Source: a virus. Taken from it: a stretch of 64,000 nucleotides of DNA. This document shows, piece after piece, positions 20,293 to 28,002 of this stretch; the first letter of the stretch is position 1; every line of letters begins with the position of its first letter. The position numbers and the translations under genes are program-made. Under the pieces are notes generated by a model that worked only from the letters and a program-made list of their open reading frames with translations, did not search any database and was not told the DNA's origin. Location: IMG/VR virus record IMGVR_UViG_3300020159_002019, positions 1 to 64,000 of that record; one strand, written 5' to 3'.

Positions 20293-20962
20293 TTTGTTTT
20301 TTCCTTATAAAAACTATTTCAGATTCTTTAGCCATATGTAAATCCATAGTTTCGATTGTTTTATTTAAGTAGGACTTTTCTTCTTCAAACATAAAATCAC
20401 TTTCAATATGATTGTTATTTAAATAGTTTCTTAACATATTAACTGTCGTTATTTGAGTGTTTGTAGGGTTATAAACCCACGGCGCAAAATTAGATGTGTG
20501 TAAATCTTCAATAACAAATAAACCACCTGGTTTAAGATACTTAAACATATACCCTAAAGTAACTTGTTGTTGAGCCATTGTATGACCACCATCATCAATA
20601 ATAATATCAAAATCACCACCAAAGTTATCTATAATTTCTTTTAAACCATTAACCACTTCATTTTTTTCTCTTAATTCTTGATTGGCGATAATTGTTTTAA
20701 TTCTATCATTTTCAACGTCCGTAAAAGATTGTACATCCACACCATATATTTTAGCCTTTGGAAAGTATTCATACCAAGTCATTAATGAAGCACCAGGCAC
20801 TTGATCATTTGTTGGTGGTCTATAAATCCCTATCTCTAATATTTTTAACTCTTTATCTTTTAAAGGTTCAAAATATTCCAAATATTTTGCAACATAATTG
20901 TGACAGTATGAGTTTTTATCTGTCCCGTATTTTAACATTATTTCATCCATAGTTTCTTTCAT
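20285..20962 (-). CDS. Class I SAM-dependent sugar O-methyltransferase-like protein
   Basis: YGTDK...HNY, ILEIGI, YGVD, DIIIDDGGH, LKPGGLFVIEDLHT. Confidence 0.82.
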   Translation of the reverse strand: MKETMDEIMLKYGTDKNSYCHNYVAKYLEYFEPLKDKELKILEIGIYRPPTNDQVPGASLMTWYEYFPKAKIYGVDVQSFTDVENDRIKTIIANQELREKNEVVNGLKEIIDNFGGDFDIIIDDGGHTMAQQQVTLGYMFKYLKPGGLFVIEDLHTSNFAPWVYNPTNTQITTVNMLRNYLNNNHIESDFMFEEEKSYLNKTIETMDLHMAKESEIVFIRKKQND

Positions 20963-20963
20963 T

Positions 20964-22520
20964 TTATTTATTTATAAATTTTATTAATTTTTGTAATCTT
21001 TCATTCCACATATAACCACTAATTATTTTTACAATCTTTTGATAATCTAACGCCTCTTTCTGTAATTTTTCTTGTGATTTATTTCTTGATGATGATTCAT
21101 CGTGAATTGCGTATTCATCACCAATAAAATAATTGGTTTTTCCATTTAATATACATTTTAAATTAAACTCAACATCTTCAAAACATTCTTCAAATATTTC
21201 ATTTAATCCACCTATTTTTTTCCAAACATTCATAGGTGTCATAGCAAAAGCGAATGTATTGCCAAACACATCTCTTTTTACACTTGGTTCATAACCCCAA
21301 TAACTACCTAATCCTTGATGTGTTATTCTCATTTCTTCTCCATTAGTAAAGGCAATTACTCCTCCGTGTTGAACTTTATTTATCTTATCACCACTTCTCT
21401 CACCAAAATGTAATCTTAACCCAATTGTCCCTATATCGTGTTTATTATTTACATATATTGAAGTCATCCTTGTAATTGGATCACCTTCTTTAATATAAAC
21501 ATCATCATTACAGAATAATACTAATTCACTATCCTGATCGATAAAATTACTCACCATATCATTATTAATTTTACTAAAGTTATAATAACCATATTGATTT
21601 AATACAACTTTATCGTTTAATAGATTTTCTTTGATTTTATCAACCGTAGCCTTTAATGAACCAGTATCGGCAATATAAATTTTATAGTTAGAAAACTTTG
21701 TTTGTTGAAGTGATTTAACACATCTTTCCAATAAATCGTAGTTGTTTTTACTTGGAATAACGACAGCTAATTTAGGTTCTTTCTGTAATGGTTTATTGGT
21801 ATGTAAGTCGTGAAATATTTTATCAGGTTTAATCTCTAATGGGATACCAACATTAATCCATTTATCAACAAATTGTTGTCTTGTGGTTTCCCATTGTTCA
21901 TTTGTCATTCCAATAGATTTATGTAGGATTGGGTTATCAAAAATAACCCCAATTTCAACACCAGCTAAATGATTTGCCAATGTAAAATCTAAATCGTAAA
22001 AGTGAAAACCTTTTATCTTTTCATCAAACTTTTCTTTGATTTTATCTTTATTTACACAGAAAGCTAAACCATCTAAATTGATTGTATTAATTACCTCATA
22101 ACCAAAATTACCTGAGTATTTTGATTCCCACTTCATAGTTTTACCTGATTGTTCATCATTGTGTTGATGCCATACTTGTCCAACCATTAAATTAGCATCA
22201 TCCCACCATCTACCACTTTCAGTTAGTTTTGTGGTTCCAGCGTGTCCAATAATACCGAAATCTTTATTTTCAAGGTGTTCAATATATCTTTTACCCCAAC
22301 CTGATTTAAGATATTTAATATCGTTATGACAAAAAAGAACGTATTTGTTCTTAGATTCTTTTAATCCTTTATTATATAATTCTGTAAGTGAATGTGTTCC
22401 TGGATTTATATAGAATAATAATTCATAATCTTTTAATCCGATTGTTTTTTTAACGTGTTCTTCAAACTCTTTATCGTGTTCCCTCATAGAACAGACGATA
22501 CTTAGACCATTTTTAATCAT
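20964..22520 (-). CDS. Two-domain GT2-type glycosyltransferase
   Basis: Domain 1: YNKGL, LFCHNDI, FHFYDLD. Domain 2: VVIPSKN, IADTGS, FCNDD, FEDVEFNL. Confidence 0.85.
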   Translation of the reverse strand: MIKNGLSIVCSMREHDKEFEEHVKKTIGLKDYELLFYINPGTHSLTELYNKGLKESKNKYVLFCHNDIKYLKSGWGKRYIEHLENKDFGIIGHAGTTKLTESGRWWDDANLMVGQVWHQHNDEQSGKTMKWESKYSGNFGYEVINTINLDGLAFCVNKDKIKEKFDEKIKGFHFYDLDFTLANHLAGVEIGVIFDNPILHKSIGMTNEQWETTRQQFVDKWINVGIPLEIKPDKIFHDLHTNKPLQKEPKLAVVIPSKNNYDLLERCVKSLQQTKFSNYKIYIADTGSLKATVDKIKENLLNDKVVLNQYGYYNFSKINNDMVSNFIDQDSELVLFCNDDVYIKEGDPITRMTSIYVNNKHDIGTIGLRLHFGERSGDKINKVQHGGVIAFTNGEEMRITHQGLGSYWGYEPSVKRDVFGNTFAFAMTPMNVWKKIGGLNEIFEECFEDVEFNLKCILNGKTNYFIGDEYAIHDESSSRNKSQEKLQKEALDYQKIVKIISGYMWNERLQKLIKFINK

Positions 22521-22572
22521 AACCTAAGTATCGTTATTATTCTACCAAAAATAAATATTAAAGTTTATTTTT

Positions 22573-23124
22573 TTAACCTCTAAATCCGCTTAAACCATCA
22601 CCTGGTTCATCCCCTTGAAAACCAGCACCATTTGTAGGAATAATTAATTCACCAATTTTTTCAATTTTACCATCAGTACCGGTTTTAATTTTTTCCGATT
22701 TAACCATAATATTTTTGATTTCCTTAACTTCCTTTTCCACTTGTTGTTTTGTTGGTACAACTTTTTTAGGTTTTCTTTTTAGAATTTTCTCTAAATTTTC
22801 TTCAGATTTCTTAATAAGATCCTTAATCAATCCACTAGAAGAATTATATTTTTTAATATCCACATTGATTTTATCAATATTAGAAACCAAATATTTCGAT
22901 AATTCAGTCGCTTTCTTTAAGTCCATAATAACATGATCGTTTATCAAATCATTATTACCTGTCCAAAAATATTTCCATCTTTGTTTAAATGATGGTTTTG
23001 TTTTTTTACCATATTCCCAAATACTAAACATAAATTCAGAATTATTAGGGTTTTCAGCATTTCTATCAACTTCAACTTCAAGTCCGTGAGAATGACATTC
23101 ACATTTTAAAAATATATTTTCCAT
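22573..23124 (-). CDS. Hypothetical phage protein
   Basis: 183 aa ORF with N-terminal CECHSH and a charged tail. Confidence 0.7.
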   Translation of the reverse strand: MENIFLKCECHSHGLEVEVDRNAENPNNSEFMFSIWEYGKKTKPSFKQRWKYFWTGNNDLINDHVIMDLKKATELSKYLVSNIDKINVDIKKYNSSSGLIKDLIKKSEENLEKILKRKPKKVVPTKQQVEKEVKEIKNIMVKSEKIKTGTDGKIEKIGELIIPTNGAGFQGDEPGDGLSGFRG

Positions 23125-23125
23125 A

Positions 23126-23800
23126 TTATATTATATTATTTTTATTAAAGACAACTAAAAAATAGTCATCATTTTCTTTTATTGTATTCTTATAACTTAC
23201 ATTATAATCGTATGTGTTATAAGTATATTTAATACCCACATTGTCAAATTCTTTTTTATCCCATTCAACTTGTGTTGTATTCATTAATTCCCTTAATACA
23301 TTACCCTCACCTTTTATATTTTCAAATATTCTTCGGTTATTAAACATAGGACACCTAAATCTAATTTCGTTGTCATATACTAACATATTTTCAGCAATCT
23401 TTTCAATCTCAAACTGATCAGCATTTGTTCTTACAGGGTAATAGAACTCATTACTAAGTCCCATATCAATCGGTTCGCAACTAATGCTTTCTAACACACC
23501 AACCATCCCCCTTTTTTCCATTAACGTTCTCATTTTTTCAGGGTCATCAAATCCTTTTGATGATTTCCATTTTTGTTCTGCAAGGTGTAATACTTTATAA
23601 AAGTGTTGTCTTTGTTCTTCAGTTATTTTACCTTGATTTATCCCATTTAAAAACGGGCTTTTAATATTCATTTGGTGATGACCTGGTTGTGACTCATCAA
23701 CCGTATTTAATTGAGATTTCAAGATTTGTTTGTCGGCCTCATTTAAACCCATAAAGAATCCTGTTATCAAACCCATCATCTTTCTTTTTACATCATCCAT
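23126..23800 (-). CDS. Hypothetical protein
   Basis: 224 aa ORF tiled with its neighbours; no motif recognised. Confidence 0.7.
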   Translation of the reverse strand: MDDVKRKMMGLITGFFMGLNEADKQILKSQLNTVDESQPGHHQMNIKSPFLNGINQGKITEEQRQHFYKVLHLAEQKWKSSKGFDDPEKMRTLMEKRGMVGVLESISCEPIDMGLSNEFYYPVRTNADQFEIEKIAENMLVYDNEIRFRCPMFNNRRIFENIKGEGNVLRELMNTTQVEWDKKEFDNVGIKYTYNTYDYNVSYKNTIKENDDYFLVVFNKNNII

Positions 23801-24239
23801 TTTTTAAACTTGTTTTAATTATTTTATTGTAATTTACAAAGTATTCCCTTTGATACCCTAAATACCTACCACTATCCGCTAATATTATCTTACCGTCTGT
23901 TTTTAATACTGGCGCTATTAACACTAATTTTTGAAACCAACTATCATTAAAAAAATTATCACATATAATATAATCAAAACTATAACCCACTAAACGTGAT
24001 TCGTGAATGGTTTGAATTATACAATTAGGATGTGTTATTCTTCTGTTAGTTTCTCTAACCATACCAGAATTCTCCACACCAAATAATATTGATTTATCGT
24101 TCGGTATTTTATTTATATAGTCAATCAATAAACTAGTTAAACCCCATTGTCTCGGTGTGAGAATGAGGTTAAACTTATTATCGTTAAAACTTTTAATAAT
24201 ACCAGTTTTAGGTAATATTATTTCTTTAATGCTTCTCAT
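23793..24239 (-). CDS. Small degenerate terminase-large-subunit ATPase-like protein
   Basis: FNLILTPRQWGLTSLL (Walker A-like, no Lys), RLVGYSFDYIICDNF (Walker B-like), APVLKTDGKIILADS. Likely start at MRSIKE (24239). Confidence 0.55.
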   Translation of the reverse strand: MRSIKEIILPKTGIIKSFNDNKFNLILTPRQWGLTSLLIDYINKIPNDKSILFGVENSGMVRETNRRITHPNCIIQTIHESRLVGYSFDYIICDNFFNDSWFQKLVLIAPVLKTDGKIILADSGRYLGYQREYFVNYNKIIKTSLKNG

Positions 24240-24798
24240 TTGATTGTTTTTCTTCAAAAATAGCAAGTTCAATCGCTTGTTTTAATATTACCGATAAAAT
24301 ATCACTATACCATCTTGACTGTCTATCTTCATCAGTTTTTTCAAAGTTTATTATTGCTTGGAACTCAACATCCGATAATTTAACACCATATTGATTGCAA
24401 TAGAATAAACTCCTTTCACTTATTTTCATAGATGGTATTTCTTCATTAAACTTATAAAGAATACCTTTCTTCAATTCCCAATCAGTATTGTTTAATAAAT
24501 ATAACTTTATTTTACCGATTTGGTGTAAGAAACAAACTTTAATAAGTGACGCTTTTTCAACCCTAAGTTTTTCAGGTAATGTGTCATTTATTTTAACTGC
24601 GTATGCCGTCACTTTTAATATATGATCAACTAATCCACCAGGAAAACAATTATGTAATTGTAATGTGGTTGATGCGGGTGATGTCCATAAATCTTCACCT
24701 AAGAAATCATATAATTCATCAGTAATGAAATTACCGTAATTTTTAACACTATCAATAAATCGTGTTTTATTTTTTTCAATTTTTGCTCTTAAATCCAT
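24226..24798 (-). CDS. HD-superfamily (YhaM-like) hydrolase variant
   Basis: SPAS...H...PGGLVDHILKV and CFLHQIGK (HD changed to HQ). Confidence 0.7.
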   Translation of the reverse strand: MDLRAKIEKNKTRFIDSVKNYGNFITDELYDFLGEDLWTSPASTTLQLHNCFPGGLVDHILKVTAYAVKINDTLPEKLRVEKASLIKVCFLHQIGKIKLYLLNNTDWELKKGILYKFNEEIPSMKISERSLFYCNQYGVKLSDVEFQAIINFEKTDEDRQSRWYSDILSVILKQAIELAIFEEKQSNEKH

Positions 24799-24806
24799 AT
24801 TATTTT

Positions 24807-25061
24807 TTATTTATTAAATATAACTTTAATTTTCCAAAAAGGAAATGTTGGTTCTGATACAGTTCCGTATTGTAAATCTATGTAATTAAGATTACCAATA
24901 GGTGCCGCCATTGGTTGAACTGACACTATATCTTCACCTAATGTTCTAGCATTAACTCTTTGTATTGTTGGCATTATAACACCATTCAATAACGCCCCCC
25001 ATTGTTCGACAAAAGTTTTTTTAGTTTTTTTTCTACTAACGTATTGATTAATTGTTCTCAT
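24807..25061 (-). CDS. Small protein resembling a fragment of a T4 gp23-type major capsid protein
   Basis: IMPTIQRVNARTLGEDIVSVQPMAAPIGNLNYIDLQYG aligns without gaps to the gp23 DIxxVQPMxxPxG region. Confidence 0.65.
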   Translation of the reverse strand: MRTINQYVSRKKTKKTFVEQWGALLNGVIMPTIQRVNARTLGEDIVSVQPMAAPIGNLNYIDLQYGTVSEPTFPFWKIKVIFNK

Positions 25062-25419
25062 ATAATATTAAATATTCTTCAGTAAATAATGCACACATTT
25101 CCGCTTCCCAATCCATAGTGTTAAAAAATTTAATATCGTCAATAACCCCTCTTTTATCAAACATAAATCTTGGAAGTCTTTCCATAATATCTTTAATAAT
25201 TATTTTACTCTCGTGTTTAAATCTTGGTTTTATTTTATTTATTACTCTAAATATTATTGGGATAATCATACCATTATGCTCACTTATTTCAGATTCAAGT
25301 AATGTTTTAGCGGAATATTCTAAACAATAAGCCATCATTTTAGGGTTATTGGCGTATTCTAAAAATCCCATATTACCCCATTTTTTAATTAATAGATTAG
25401 AATTTTTTAATGTTCTCAT
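25048..25419 (-). CDS. Small protein with gp23-like N-terminal segment
   Basis: LIKKWGNMGFLE...MMAYCLEYSAKTLLE...IIPIIFRV resembles the N-terminus of gp23-type capsid proteins. Confidence 0.45.
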   Translation of the reverse strand: MRTLKNSNLLIKKWGNMGFLEYANNPKMMAYCLEYSAKTLLESEISEHNGMIIPIIFRVINKIKPRFKHESKIIIKDIMERLPRFMFDKRGVIDDIKFFNTMDWEAEMCALFTEEYLILYENN

Positions 25420-26201
25420 AGATTTAATAACACCTCACTCTCATTTTCAATGTCATCTATTGATGTTATTTTATAATTCATAAAAACATAATCATTGTGA
25501 AGGTCGTGAAACTTTATACCTTTATCTTCAATCGTGTATTCTAAAAAGCCGTGATTATTTATTTTTTCCCCATGCGACTGCTGTACCAAACTACCCACCA
25601 TCACAACCGGAATACCTTTTTCAGTTTTCATAACACTTCTTTTATGGATGTCAGAGTTTAAAGCAACATCACAATCATTAAAATCCTCAATATCTAACCC
25701 ATCCTCAAATATAAAGTTTAAGTCAGTTGTAGAACCTCTTAAAGGTCCGTGTTGTAATCCAATATAACGCTTACCTTCTTCTCTAATTATTTCAGGTTTT
25801 GTATTACCTTCAGTTATACCCCAAACACACCAAACAATATTTTCATCTTCATAACACCCTGTTTTATTTAAGAACGTAATTTTATCATTACTTAAAGCAT
25901 TTAATATTGGTGTTAAAATATCTAACCTATCTAAGTTATTTAATAATAAATCGTGATTACCTAATGTAAGAACAACAGGTGCTATCTTGGTAAGTTCATT
26001 TAAGAAAACACAAGATATTTCAAATAATTCAGGGGTGGCTTGATTTTTGGAATGTGCCCAATCCCCACCAAAAACTATTCTATCGGGCTTAATTTCTTTT
26101 AATTTCGGTATGAATTGATTGAAAAAAACTTCTTTATATTCATCGTGGTATTTATATAAACGGATGTGTAAATCCCCAAAATACGCAATTTTATTTATCA
26201 T
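25416..26201 (-). CDS. Metallophosphoesterase, SbcD/Mre11/T4 gp47-like recombination nuclease
   Basis: GDLH, GGD, GNHD, QHG, SDIHK, GSLVQQSHGE. Confidence 0.85.
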   Translation of the reverse strand: MINKIAYFGDLHIRLYKYHDEYKEVFFNQFIPKLKEIKPDRIVFGGDWAHSKNQATPELFEISCVFLNELTKIAPVVLTLGNHDLLLNNLDRLDILTPILNALSNDKITFLNKTGCYEDENIVWCVWGITEGNTKPEIIREEGKRYIGLQHGPLRGSTTDLNFIFEDGLDIEDFNDCDVALNSDIHKRSVMKTEKGIPVVMVGSLVQQSHGEKINNHGFLEYTIEDKGIKFHDLHNDYVFMNYKITSIDDIENESEVLLNL

Positions 26202-26236
26202 ACATAAAATATACTAAATAAAAGTAATAAGTTAAA

Positions 26237-26244
26237 TATTTATA
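26237..26244 (+). promoter_or_regulatory. Putative late promoter TATTTATA
   Basis: TATTTATA followed by 3 nt and the ATG at 26248; the same geometry recurs at several late genes. Confidence 0.7.
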
Positions 26245-26247
26245 GTT

Positions 26248-26547
26248 ATGAAAAAAGTAGTTATTAAGGAAAGTGAATTAATTTCATTAATCAAAAACAT
26301 AATAAATGAAGAAAGAAAAAGTGATTTAAAAACTTACTATGTGATTGAGGCAACTATCGGTAGAAAACAATTTTATTGGGGTGTATATAAAGATGGTTCT
26401 ACATTATTCATTCCAACTAAAAATTTTGGGGGATACGATTCTAAACCAAAATTTTATGAAAGTATAGATGACGCTGAAAAAACATTAAAAAAATTAAAAA
26501 AATATGTCCCAACATATACCTACGAAATAAAACCTTTTGGTAAATAA
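26248..26547 (+). CDS. Small late protein with putative capsid-targeting leader
   Basis: N-terminus MKKVVIKESELISLIKNIINE. Confidence 0.65.
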   Translation: MKKVVIKESELISLIKNIINEERKSDLKTYYVIEATIGRKQFYWGVYKDGSTLFIPTKNFGGYDSKPKFYESIDDAEKTLKKLKKYVPTYTYEIKPFGK

Positions 26548-26549
26548 TT

Positions 26550-27635
26550 ATGGAAATTACATTAGAAGAAAAATTAGCATTATATAAACAAGTTAAGGCT
26601 CGTTTAGGTGCTCCGATTAGAAAAATACAATTAACCGATGAGCAAATGGATGATTTATTACAAACAGCCATTGAGGATTATGCTCAATACACACAAAATT
26701 GGTTAATTGAGAATCAATGGAGTTCTCTTGAGGGTATAAACTTAGATGTTGCAGATATTACATTCGCTTTAACAACAAGAAGTTTAAATTATGAAACCTC
26801 TTTTACATACGCATACTCTAAAATTGTCGGATTACAAGCCAATGGTCCGTGGGAAATAAAAAAAGATTATGTTGTATTAAAAAGAAAACAACAAATATAT
26901 CAAATACCAGCAGGTAGAGAAATAAATGAAGTAATGTATGTTACGCCACCAACTATGAATCAGTCAGTTATTGATCCATTCTTAGGTGTATGGAACTTCC
27001 ATTTTGGCGCTGAATACATTGGTTTAGGTGCGTTATATGTAATGCCAGCATTTGACATTTTATTAAGGGCTGCCGACAGAAACTTAAAGAATAGAATTAT
27101 TAGAAGTGAATATGTTTATAAAGTAACGGCAGGTCCAAATGGTACAAAGTACTTACATTTATTACCAACTCCAGGTGGTAAATATGATTACTATCAAGGA
27201 AATATTGATGGGCATTATGTTTGGTATTGGTATTATGATGTAAACGCCGAAAGACAAAGGTGTATTGAACAAAATAAAGATATTGTTAAACTACCAAGTG
27301 ATACACCTCTAAGTAAATTACAATGGTCGGATTTAAATGATCCTGCTAAATATTGGGTTAGAAGATATTTTACAGCGTTATGTAAAGAAACATTAGCTTA
27401 TGTAAGAGGAACATTTAGTGGTAATTTAGGGGCTCCTGGTTCTGAAATTAAGATGGATTATGAAATGTTTGCAAGTTCAGCCAAAGAAGAAAAAGATGCT
27501 TTAATAACGGAGTTGAAAGAGTATTTGGAAAGAATAAGTCAGCCTAAGATGTTAGAAAGAAAAGCCGGTGAAGCCGAAAACTTAAATACAATATTAAAAT
27601 ACAGACCATTCCAGACACCTTATTTATTAATATAA
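26550..27635 (+). CDS. Neck / head-completion protein (T4 gp13-like)
   Basis: KARLGAPIRKIQLTDEQMDDLLQTAIEDY; C-terminal WVRRYFTALCKETL...RG...PG...A.EEK. Confidence 0.8.
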   Translation: MEITLEEKLALYKQVKARLGAPIRKIQLTDEQMDDLLQTAIEDYAQYTQNWLIENQWSSLEGINLDVADITFALTTRSLNYETSFTYAYSKIVGLQANGPWEIKKDYVVLKRKQQIYQIPAGREINEVMYVTPPTMNQSVIDPFLGVWNFHFGAEYIGLGALYVMPAFDILLRAADRNLKNRIIRSEYVYKVTAGPNGTKYLHLLPTPGGKYDYYQGNIDGHYVWYWYYDVNAERQRCIEQNKDIVKLPSDTPLSKLQWSDLNDPAKYWVRRYFTALCKETLAYVRGTFSGNLGAPGSEIKMDYEMFASSAKEEKDALITELKEYLERISQPKMLERKAGEAENLNTILKYRPFQTPYLLI

Positions 27636-27671
27636 TAAATATTTATAACCATAAAAACAATTAAAATAAAC

Positions 27672-27679
27672 TATTTATA
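27672..27679 (+). promoter_or_regulatory. Putative late promoter TATTTATA
   Basis: TATTTATA-N3-ATG (27683); a second copy lies at 27640-27647. Confidence 0.7.
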
Positions 27680-27682
27680 ATT

Positions 27683-28000
27683 ATGAAAACAATTAAATTA
27701 ACAGAACAAAATTTAACCAATATCGTTAAGAGGGTTATTAAAGAAAATGGTGGGGCGAGGATAGGGAAAAAATATTCATCTGAAGATGCAAATTACGAGT
27801 ATTATGACAGAAAAATTGATGAGATGAAAGAATCGTTAATAAATACTAAATTAAAAGATATATCTAATTTTAATATGTATGAATATATAACTGATGATGA
27901 TATTGAAATCATTGATTCGGATCCCGATTTAGAGGTTTTATCATCCGAAATAGATGATATTGTACGTGTTATTGAACATATTAGGGAACTGTATTATTAG
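27683..28000 (+). CDS. Small acidic late protein with putative capsid-targeting leader
   Basis: N-terminus MKTIKLTEQNLTNIVKRVIKE. Confidence 0.65.
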   Translation: MKTIKLTEQNLTNIVKRVIKENGGARIGKKYSSEDANYEYYDRKIDEMKESLINTKLKDISNFNMYEYITDDDIEIIDSDPDLEVLSSEIDDIVRVIEHIRELYY

Positions 28001-28002
28001 TG

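Noticed and set aside
2276-22520. Bacterial O-antigen/capsule locus (host contamination or prophage boundary)
   Set aside because: No flippase, polymerase or chain-length genes; composition is similar to the flanking phage genes and the island is continuous with them.
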